Part shown: positions 9,603-17,479 of the stretch, one piece after another | How positions within the stretch are numbered: the stretch's first letter is position 1 | Layout: each line of letters starts with the position of its first letter | The notes under the pieces: model-generated | The model's input: the letters and a program-made list of their open reading frames with translations, nothing else | Told to the model about the DNA's origin: nothing | Database searches by the model: none | Program-made: the position numbers and the translations under genes | Source of the DNA: an uncultured bacterium | Lineage (GTDB): Bacteria > Acidobacteriota > HRBIN11 > JAKEFK01 | DNA length: 64,000 bases | NCBI GenBank assembly: GCA_963771165.1 | Contig: CAVYSN010000020.1 | Location: 357-64,356 of the forward strand | Direction of reading: 5' to 3'

Positions 9603-9632
9603 GATTTGATGATGATATACTCAGCACGCTGA

Positions 9633-11978
9633 ATGCGTTCCATTCAAACAAAAAGCTTTCCACTCGCCGGTTTTTTTCGTCATGCTACAGCACTTGCGCT
9701 CTTCTGGGCCGCTTGGCGTTATTTGTCGGAGTGGTACATCTATCGCGGCCGGACGGACTACATTGTTTTTTCGAGTCTTTTTTTCGCAGCTCTTATCATT
9801 GCAGCATGGTCGCTGGCTCCTCATCTCAAGCAAGCCGTAAACCGGCGCATGGTGATTGTGCTTCTTTTATTCCTGATCATCCTTCCATGGGGCGAGTGGC
9901 TACAGAGAAGTTTCCCGAACGCCAGAGAGGATTGGTCCCGCCAGTTATTTAAACAAGCCGTTCTGCTGTATATCCTCATTCTCCTTTTGTCTCTGAAGCC
10001 CCGTTTGTTACAGGTGGCCGCCGAAAGGGTCAGAGCCACTATAGGGGTACTGGCTGAGAACAGGATTCTTTTGTGGATGCCTTGCTTATTGTTTCTTTTG
10101 GTCTCCTCTTGGATTGCGATATTTGTTTTTCAAAAGTGTCCGATCGTTCCTGATTCAGCTTCCTATCTTTTTCAGGCAAAGACATTCGCTGAATCAAAAT
10201 TAGCGGCGGATGCTCCGCCTGTGCCCGATTTTTTCAACCATGTTGCCAGCCTGGTCGTAATGAAAGATGGCTATTGGTTTAGTATCTATTCGCCGGGGTT
10301 CCCGTTTCTGCTTTCCACGGTTGTATCATTCGGTTTGGAATGGTTTGTTTGCCCGCTTCTGGGCGCTCTCACATGTGGAATATGGATTGCTTATGTGAAA
10401 CGTTGGCACAGCCGGCCGGCCGCACTCTTGATGGGCTGGATGATTCTTTTTTCCCCTTTTCTTTTGTTGCTTTCTGCTACCACAATGGTTCATCCAGCGG
10501 AATTGTTCCTTGTTTCCGCCGCGATTTATGTTTGCAGACGCGAAATAGAGACTCCTCGCATCCGATTTGCCATCCTGTTGTTCGTTGTGCTTGGGTGCGG
10601 AGTTCTGACAAGAAGTTTTTCGTTTCTTGCTTTTCTAGGCCCTGTCTTGGCGTATACCTTTTGGACCCGCCTGCGCGCGCGATCGCTTTCGTTCCCCGCA
10701 ATCGCTTCGTTTGGAATCGTTTTAGGAATATTGATGCTCTTTTTCTACAACTGGAAAACTGTGGGGGATCCTTTCATACCTCCGAACGCATACGCCGGCG
10801 CACAATTTGGGTTCGGTGAGGTATCTGTCGGCCAGATCCATTCCCCTGCTAGGGGTTTGGAGAACACTTCGAATCATCTTCTGTCTTTGAGTTCCTGGTT
10901 ATCAGGTTGGGGCACCGGTTCGTTGTTTTTTGTCTTGCTTTTTCTGATCTGCATCTCGCAACTGCAGGTCTGGGATCGCGTTCTTCTTCTTGCCTGCGGA
11001 ACGCTTGTCTCTTTCTACTTCTTCTACTATTACCAGGATCTCATTCTTGGCCCGCGTTTTTATTTTGTGTGTTCTCCTGTTCTGTTATTGATGATCGCCA
11101 ACCTACCTTTCATAAAAACAAACATGCGTTTTGCCCGCGATGCTGCGAGCATTCTTATCGTTGTCCTTTCTCTTTATTCTCTTCTTTTCAGTTATTCCCG
11201 TTTTGTTTCACGACTCAATCCCAATCATGATCAAGCCGGTTTGCTGAAAAAAAAGCTGGAAGGACTGGGAGATCGAAAAATTCTTGTCTTTTTGGACAAG
11301 ACAATGCGAGGGGAATTTGTCGGCTGGAACGATCCTTTTTTGAAAGGACCGGTGATTCTTTGCCTGGATCTTGGACATCGGAACCGCGAGGCTATCCAGG
11401 CCTTTCCCGATCATGACCCACTTTATTTCGGAGTAAAAATCAATGTAGAGGGCATGCAGACACAGGGAACGTATGATTTTTACAAGAAGCGCTCCGATGA
11501 AACTCCGGGGAGCATGAGCCTGTTTGGCCTTGCTATGGCGCTTCAGGCAGCCGGAAAAAATTCTGATGCCGATGCTTTCGATGTCTGTTACGGCAATTTT
11601 TTGCCTTTGGAACCGGCAAAGGACTACCTGAGTTTCCTGGACTCTAAAATCGCTTCTCAATCGGGAGGCAGCTACAAGATGCAATTTCAGCAAGGGATCG
11701 TCCATGCCGGCAAATTGATCCTTTTACCAAAGAAGGCTTGGGATCAATCGCATCGCGACTGGGTTACTAATCTGGATCCGGTGGAGTTTTCAAGAGAGTA
11801 CGATTTGTCGATGCATTTGTTTCGGGAATCCGGTGATAGCGGGCAACCGCTGGCAGAGGCGCTTGAAAAAATTGGACGAAGAATTGATCAAGATGGCGAC
11901 GGCACATTCTCGTTGCAGGAGTTGAAAAAATTCTTGAGTCCGAAAATAAAACTGCTGGAATTCCGCACTTATTTCTAA
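9633..11978 (+). CDS. Large polytopic membrane protein (GT-C-like) with soluble C-terminal domain ending in a single EF-hand
   Basis: About 520 aa of repeated hydrophobic segments, with an early loop PIVPDSASYLFQAKTF. The C-terminal ~250 aa are hydrophilic. Canonical 12-residue Ca-binding loop DQDGDGTFSLQE at nt 11886-11921, flanked by helices. Confidence 0.5.
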   Translation: MRSIQTKSFPLAGFFRHATALALFWAAWRYLSEWYIYRGRTDYIVFSSLFFAALIIAAWSLAPHLKQAVNRRMVIVLLLFLIILPWGEWLQRSFPNAREDWSRQLFKQAVLLYILILLLSLKPRLLQVAAERVRATIGVLAENRILLWMPCLLFLLVSSWIAIFVFQKCPIVPDSASYLFQAKTFAESKLAADAPPVPDFFNHVASLVVMKDGYWFSIYSPGFPFLLSTVVSFGLEWFVCPLLGALTCGIWIAYVKRWHSRPAALLMGWMILFSPFLLLLSATTMVHPAELFLVSAAIYVCRREIETPRIRFAILLFVVLGCGVLTRSFSFLAFLGPVLAYTFWTRLRARSLSFPAIASFGIVLGILMLFFYNWKTVGDPFIPPNAYAGAQFGFGEVSVGQIHSPARGLENTSNHLLSLSSWLSGWGTGSLFFVLLFLICISQLQVWDRVLLLACGTLVSFYFFYYYQDLILGPRFYFVCSPVLLLMIANLPFIKTNMRFARDAASILIVVLSLYSLLFSYSRFVSRLNPNHDQAGLLKKKLEGLGDRKILVFLDKTMRGEFVGWNDPFLKGPVILCLDLGHRNREAIQAFPDHDPLYFGVKINVEGMQTQGTYDFYKKRSDETPGSMSLFGLAMALQAAGKNSDADAFDVCYGNFLPLEPAKDYLSFLDSKIASQSGGSYKMQFQQGIVHAGKLILLPKKAWDQSHRDWVTNLDPVEFSREYDLSMHLFRESGDSGQPLAEALEKIGRRIDQDGDGTFSLQELKKFLSPKIKLLEFRTYF

Positions 11979-11988
11979 GCGTGAATTT

Positions 11989-13209
11989 ATGGATAATCGA
12001 ATCCAAAAATTTCTGCCTTTTCAGGGCCAGCCTGTTTCTCCTCTCACGCGCACGATCCTTCAAGTCCTGTTCATCTGCGCGATCGCCCTCCGCTGTTTCT
12101 TTGTTTTCCAAACTCCTCTCTTTATGGACCAGGCTTCGGAAGTCATTCGTCCGTTCAATGATGAATATCCGCACCTGAAGTATAGCCTCTACTTGAAGCA
12201 AAACCGCGACTTTCCAGTGAACACCCGGATTCTGGACTTAAGAAATCCCGTTGTCTGGATATTCAATGAATTTGAATACGCTCAACCCCCTCTTTATTAC
12301 GTCCTGAATCTGCCTTTCGTAACTTTTTCGAATCCGATCATTGCCACCCGCTTGTTTTCAGTTGTCCTAAGCGGTGTAACTCTCTGGCTGGCCGTGCTTA
12401 CTGTCATCCGGGTTTTTCGAAAGAAAGATGTAATTGCTTTGACCGCCATGGCTCTCCTCGGCTTTCATCCTGTTCTGGTGCGGATCGGGAGTTCGGTGGC
12501 GAACGATAATCTCGCCTGGCTCCTGTCGACGATTCTTTTTCTTTTATTGCATTCTGATCGTGATGTGAAGCGGATCTGGATGTGGGGATTGCTGATCGGG
12601 CTCGGCATTCTGACTAAAATTTCGTTTCTGATCTGGATTGTATTCCTTTCTGTTCGATGGATTGTTATGAGAAGGGGAAGTGAAGCTTTGAAAAGATTGC
12701 TGTTGATTACATTGGTAGCTCTATCGATCAGCGGTTTGTGGTTGATACGCAATGAATTGGTTTATGGTGACTGGAGCGGGATCGTAGGCGGTTCCGGACC
12801 ACGGGGGAAATATCTTTCCAGCGGATCACTGTATGTTTTGAAAGATTTTGTTACCTCAGCAATTCGATTTTCTTTCTTTCCGATTGCGGAAGAAAGAGCG
12901 GATCCTCTCTGGTTTGTCGAAGGTTTTGCGCTATTTCTTTTACTGAGTATTCTCTTTCAATACAAACGAATTGCCGCGGCATTTGAGAGCGCGCCAATGT
13001 TTAGCGAATTGATGCTATTTAATGTCGTGAATCTCCTGCTTTTCATTTACGCGAACCTGCACTGGAATTTCTCCGAAACGCGCCTTTTGTTCATCGGACT
13101 TTTGCCTCTAACCGGGATTGTGCTTGCCTCTTTTGTTGAGAATTTCGGGAGAAGGGCTCCTTTCGTTGCCATCATTTCGAATGGGATCTGTCTGGTATCT
13201 TTATGGTGA
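11989..13209 (+). CDS. Polytopic membrane protein, GT-C-type glycosyltransferase-like (paralogous in style to 4194..5426)
   Basis: First loop RPFNDEYPHLKYSLY parallels FPDESSHLQYIRH of the 4194 gene. Ten or more hydrophobic segments. Confidence 0.5.
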   Translation: MDNRIQKFLPFQGQPVSPLTRTILQVLFICAIALRCFFVFQTPLFMDQASEVIRPFNDEYPHLKYSLYLKQNRDFPVNTRILDLRNPVVWIFNEFEYAQPPLYYVLNLPFVTFSNPIIATRLFSVVLSGVTLWLAVLTVIRVFRKKDVIALTAMALLGFHPVLVRIGSSVANDNLAWLLSTILFLLLHSDRDVKRIWMWGLLIGLGILTKISFLIWIVFLSVRWIVMRRGSEALKRLLLITLVALSISGLWLIRNELVYGDWSGIVGGSGPRGKYLSSGSLYVLKDFVTSAIRFSFFPIAEERADPLWFVEGFALFLLLSILFQYKRIAAAFESAPMFSELMLFNVVNLLLFIYANLHWNFSETRLLFIGLLPLTGIVLASFVENFGRRAPFVAIISNGICLVSLW

Positions 13210-14483
13210 TCATTTTTGTTGTGGTGTTTCTATTCAGTCTTCTGCTGATCGCCCGACCCGTCTTGAATCGAACCCGCGTTCTGGTTTTCTTGCTACTGTT
13301 CTATTTCATGGCTGTAAGAGAACCTGTCAATCAGTTTTTTGAGATTCATTATCAAACCGTTGTATTGAAATTCATGATCTACGTTTTCCTCATTGCCGTT
13401 CCCGTTCTTATTTTGATTGTATTGGGAATGCGTCACGGATGGAGAATTGGAATTGCCGTCATCGTGTCGTTTGTTTTGATGTTGCCGTTCACAAGGCCGA
13501 CTCTGCCATGTTTAAGGATGATGGCGGATTGGAAAATACGTTTTCTGCAGGATCGATTTTTCGAGAACTTGTGGCGGGTGAATCCAACCGCTCAAGACAT
13601 TTCGATTCTGGAGTCTTCCTGCCATTCCTTATCGCCCCATGCCAGGAACCGATTCGTCGCATATTTACGCAACTTTGCGATTCCTGAATCTTCGAATGAG
13701 TGTTTGACTCTTGCTCGAAACTGGCGCGGTCCAAAACCAGGACCGGAATTGATCGTACGGCATACGGAGGAGGAGTGGGGCGCACTATTTCAATCCGGGA
13801 ACAACCGGCAACGCGCAGGGATACTGGATCAGCTTCGCCGGCAAAGAAATCCTGCTTTGAAAAGCCAGGCTGTTGCCAATGTTAGTAGCCTGGATGAAAC
13901 GCTCGTCATCTCAGCCGTCCAGTACTTGCGTCAAATTTCCGGAATACAAATTGGGAACGATCCGGACCGTTGGAAGGAATGGCTTTCACAAACCACGGGA
14001 CAGGCCGTTTCCAGCATGTTTTCCGGAAAGGGAAGTTCGCCGCTGGCTCAGCAAGGATTTTCCGCCATTCAAGTACAGGATGATTTGCTTCTGGCAAGAA
14101 ACAGTCGAGAGGATTTTTTGAAAGTCTATCTCAGGAACCATTTTCCTGAATCGGTTTCAGAAGAACAAATTGCGTTGCTGAAGCAATTTTGTGATGAAGC
14201 GAGCAGGAGGCCGGATTCGCTGGCCGTTTTTTATCGTAGAGGAATGTTGTATTTTTTTCTTGCGCTATCTGGAACAAGCAGAATCAGAGAGGGGAAATCG
14301 GAAGACATCACAGGGGTAAGTGAAAATTGGAAAATTGCTCTCCAGAGTCTGCAGTATGCGGGGATGCCCGGACAGGAACTCGCACAGGAGGTCAATCAGA
14401 TTTTCCGGAAAGCGGATCAAGACCGCGATGGGGACCTCAGCAAGCAGGAAGTCCTATCGATACTGCAAAAGCACGGCCATTGA
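13203..14483 (+). CDS. Membrane-anchored protein with helical-repeat soluble domain and C-terminal single EF-hand
   Basis: Overlaps the upstream gene by 7 nt. About four N-terminal TM segments. Canonical loop DQDRDGDLSKQE at nt 14415-14450, near the C-terminus. Confidence 0.55.
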   Translation: MVIIFVVVFLFSLLLIARPVLNRTRVLVFLLLFYFMAVREPVNQFFEIHYQTVVLKFMIYVFLIAVPVLILIVLGMRHGWRIGIAVIVSFVLMLPFTRPTLPCLRMMADWKIRFLQDRFFENLWRVNPTAQDISILESSCHSLSPHARNRFVAYLRNFAIPESSNECLTLARNWRGPKPGPELIVRHTEEEWGALFQSGNNRQRAGILDQLRRQRNPALKSQAVANVSSLDETLVISAVQYLRQISGIQIGNDPDRWKEWLSQTTGQAVSSMFSGKGSSPLAQQGFSAIQVQDDLLLARNSREDFLKVYLRNHFPESVSEEQIALLKQFCDEASRRPDSLAVFYRRGMLYFFLALSGTSRIREGKSEDITGVSENWKIALQSLQYAGMPGQELAQEVNQIFRKADQDRDGDLSKQEVLSILQKHGH

Positions 14484-14496
14484 CGGTGGCACAATG

Positions 14497-15324
14497 TCAT
14501 GTCCCGTTCGCGCCGTGAACCAGTTCGCGTGCGCGCTCGGCAGCCTTCACAACGGCCTTGACTAAAGTCACACGCAGTTTACCTTCTTCCAGTTCCAGAA
14601 GTCCGTCAATGGTGCAACCCGCAGGAGTCGTTACCATGTCCTTCAACAGAGCCGGATGCGCTTTCGATTCCAGCACCATTTTTGCCGCCCCGTACATTGT
14701 TTGGGCGGCCAGCAGTGTGGAAATTTCACGCGGAATGCCGAGTTTTACTCCGGCTTCAGCCAGAGATTCGATCACCACATAAATGTAAGCCGGTCCGCTT
14801 CCGGACAAGCCGGTCACACCATCCATAAGGGATTCATCCAGAAAAACGGTTTCTCCCACGCATTTGAAAATATGCTGAGCGATCTGGAGATGTTCTTGAT
14901 TCGCGTAAAGCCCACCGCAGAGCACGGTCATTCCCGCATTCATTACACAGGGAGTGTTTGGCATAGCCCGCACAACGGGGATATTTCCGGAGAGTCGATC
15001 TTGAATGTAAGCCGTCGTAATTGATGCGGCGACTGTAATGACCAGTTGATCGGGATGCAGCGACCCGGCGAGTTCCCGAATAACCTGATTCATGTTTTGT
15101 GGTTTGACAGCGAGCAGTATGATGTCCTTTTCTTGAACGATTTGATGATTATTGATTTGGACCTCGATTCCCAATCGGTCCTGAACACGTTGCGCGGATT
15201 CCGGATGTCCTACGCTTCCAGCAATGTTTCCGCGGTCCACCGCTCCTTGTTTCAATAACCCGGTGACCAGCGCTTCTCCGATCTTTCCAACACCGATAAC
15301 GGCGATTTTCTTGCGATTCAACAT
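14497..15324 (-). CDS. proC: Pyrroline-5-carboxylate reductase
   Basis: KIAVIGVGKIGEAL Rossmann start and a conserved C-terminal ...SPAGCTIDGL... region. I prefer the ATG at 15324 (AGGA 5 nt upstream) over the track's GTG at 15345. Confidence 0.9.
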   Translation of the reverse strand: MLNRKKIAVIGVGKIGEALVTGLLKQGAVDRGNIAGSVGHPESAQRVQDRLGIEVQINNHQIVQEKDIILLAVKPQNMNQVIRELAGSLHPDQLVITVAASITTAYIQDRLSGNIPVVRAMPNTPCVMNAGMTVLCGGLYANQEHLQIAQHIFKCVGETVFLDESLMDGVTGLSGSGPAYIYVVIESLAEAGVKLGIPREISTLLAAQTMYGAAKMVLESKAHPALLKDMVTTPAGCTIDGLLELEEGKLRVTLVKAVVKAAERARELVHGANGT

Positions 15325-15358
15325 AAATTCCTCTACTCTTTGCACACCGATTTAGCTC

Positions 15359-15430
15359 TTAATGCAGAGACGCCGAGCACGCAGAGAAAAAGAAATTTTA
15401 AACTCTGCAGTCTCCGCGTCCCTGCGTTAA
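15359..15430. repeat. Hairpin element, GCAGAG/CGCAAAG-like family
   Basis: Arms are ttaatgcagagacgccgagcacgcagag (15359-15386) and ctctgcagtctccgcgtccctgcgttaa (15403-15430), with an AT-rich 16 nt loop. Lies between divergent proC and the DUF488 gene. Confidence 0.8.
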
Positions 15431-15454
15431 AATGTCCAGGGTACGAACCTAATC

Positions 15455-15991
15455 ATGCAGAAAATATACACAATCGGCCACTCGACGAGGTCCGAAAAGG
15501 ATTTCATTGAACTGTTGACTCGTCATAGAATCGACCTTCTTGCCGACATTCGCGCGCTGCCTCGTTCAAGATGGAATCCGCAATTCAACAAGGCAGCTTT
15601 GGAAAAGTCGATTGCAAAGGCCGGAATGGAGTACCGTCCTATCCCGGAACTTGGCGGTCTTCGGGAACCGTCATCAAACGGCATCAACCTTGCGCTGGAA
15701 AACGCCGGCCTTCGAGGTTATGCAGACTATATGCAGACCTCGCCATTTGAAAACGCATTACTGGATGTGATCAAGCTCGCGGGTAGCCGGAATATTACTT
15801 TGATGTGCGCGGAAGCTTCTTATACAAAATGCCATCGCCAGCTGACTTCGGATGCATTGATAGTGCGCAAAGTGCGAGTCCTGCACATCCTGGATTCTGT
15901 AAAGGTCGAACCTCATGTGCTGACCCCTTTTGCGCGTGTGGAAGGGAATCAAGTGACATACCCTTTGAACCAGTCTCAACTTGAATTCTAA
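15455..15991 (+). CDS. DUF488-family protein
   Basis: Starts IYTIGHSTRS..F..LL....I..L.DIR, the pattern I recall for DUF488. 178 aa. Confidence 0.65.
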   Translation: MQKIYTIGHSTRSEKDFIELLTRHRIDLLADIRALPRSRWNPQFNKAALEKSIAKAGMEYRPIPELGGLREPSSNGINLALENAGLRGYADYMQTSPFENALLDVIKLAGSRNITLMCAEASYTKCHRQLTSDALIVRKVRVLHILDSVKVEPHVLTPFARVEGNQVTYPLNQSQLEF

Positions 15992-16034
15992 ACAGGTCGG
16001 AATTACAATCACTCTTCCTTGAAGGGGGTGGAGC

Positions 16035-16605
16035 ATGCTACCTGAAGATCAACACGTCTTTGAATACCGGAAACAGTTTTTTAAACTGGCGGGCGGAGCA
16101 TTTCGCGTTTACGACACCAGCGAGCGCCTTCTTCTTTTAGCGAACAAAAAGCGTTCAAGATCAGGGAGGATATTCGGGTTTACTCGGACGAATCGAAACC
16201 AATCAGGTACTTGCGATTCGGACCCCCAGATTCTGGATATCTCGCCACGTTCGAAATTTTGGAGACTGCCTTCCGGGGAAAAGGCGGGTTCGCTGAAGCG
16301 CAAAGGTTGAAATCCATATTCAAGGATGAATGGGAGATATACGATCCAACGGGTTTTGATCGGCGAAGATATGAAGAGGATTCCACATTATTTGCTCTTT
16401 CACGGCGGTTCCTGACCAATTTGATTCCACAAAAGTATCATTTCACGGTGGCGGCCAGACGGTAGGTACGTTCCAGCAACATTTCAATCCTTTTCTGTAT
16501 CGCGCAACAATGGATCTTACGCAGGACACAGGAAAACGGCTGGATCGCCGGATGGCTTTGGCGGCGGGAATTCTGCTTCTTGCGATCGAAGGAAGACAGG
16601 ATTGA
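16035..16605 (+). pseudogene. Phospholipid-scramblase / tubby-C-terminal-like family gene, broken over three reading frames
   Basis: Family-like pieces lie in different frames: EYRKQFFKLAGGAFRVYD..LLLLANKK; KAFKIREDIRVYSDESKP; SGEKAGSLKRKG; LKSIFKDEWEIYDPTG...EDSTLFALSRRFLTNLIPQKYHF. The tail GGQTVGTFQQHFNPFLYRATMDLTQD..RRMALAAGILLLAIEGRQD ends at TGA 16603-16605. At least 3-4 frame switches are needed. Confidence 0.5.
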
Positions 16606-16611
16606 TTATTT

Positions 16612-16655
16612 ATTGCAGATTGTAGATTGCAAATTGCAAATTGCAAAAATTGCAG
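16612..16655. repeat. AT-rich tandem/palindromic TTGCAAA-unit element
   Basis: attgcagattgtagattgcaaattgcaaattgcaaaaattgcag, made of 7 nt units whose TTGCAA core is self-complementary. The tgtagattg motif is shared with 26764-26788. Confidence 0.7.
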
Positions 16656-16723
16656 AGTTATGCTTTTGACGGCTTAGAATGCACGAACCACGTGGACAGT
16701 CTGCGGCGGAAATTGCCGAGTAC

Positions 16724-17479
16724 ATGCATGCGATTCAGGTTGAAAACCTCAGCAAGGACTATCTGGATAAGGCCCGCGGTGTAGTCCGGGCTGTCGATGG
16801 CTTGACTTTGAACTGCAATTACGGGGAAATCGTCGGGCTACTCGGACCCAATGGAGCGGGGAAGACCACCACTTTGCGAATGCTGGCGACAGTACTGGCC
16901 CCATCCTCCGGTTGCGCATCCGTTGCAGGATTCGACGTCCAGAAGGAATCCTTGCAAGTCCGCAAGAACCTGGGATTCCTTACAGGCGGAACCGGTTTAT
17001 ACGCAAGATTAACTCCGCGTGAAATCCTTCGGTTTTTCGGCAGACTTCATGAGATGCCCGAACAACTGATTCAGAGCAGAACCGAAACCCTCGTTGAAGC
17101 CTTCGACATGAAATCATTTCAAAACAGTCATTGCGACAAACTTTCGACCGGTCAAAAGCAACGAATCAATCTCGCCCGAACTCTGTTGCATGATCCGCCT
17201 GTGATCATTCTTGATGAGCCAACAGCAGGTCTCGACATTATTAGTAGTAAATCGATTCTCAATTTTATCCGCTCCGCAAAACAGGAAGGAAAATGCATTC
17301 TTTTTTCGACCCACTACATGACAGAAGCCGAGATTCTCTGTGACCGTGTCGCAATCATTCATAATGGCAAAATTCTGGAGTGCGATACGCTCAACGGCTT
17401 AAAGGTAAAAACGGGTAAGCAGTCTCTCGTTGACGTTTTCTTTTCCCTGGTTGACCGGTATGAGACTCAACAAAATTAA
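16724..17479 (+). CDS. ABC transporter ATP-binding protein
   Basis: Walker A GPNGAGKTT, signature LSTGQKQR and Walker B VIILDEPT. The ATG at 16724 is preferred over the track start at 16679. Confidence 0.9.
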   Translation: MHAIQVENLSKDYLDKARGVVRAVDGLTLNCNYGEIVGLLGPNGAGKTTTLRMLATVLAPSSGCASVAGFDVQKESLQVRKNLGFLTGGTGLYARLTPREILRFFGRLHEMPEQLIQSRTETLVEAFDMKSFQNSHCDKLSTGQKQRINLARTLLHDPPVIILDEPTAGLDIISSKSILNFIRSAKQEGKCILFSTHYMTEAEILCDRVAIIHNGKILECDTLNGLKVKTGKQSLVDVFFSLVDRYETQQN

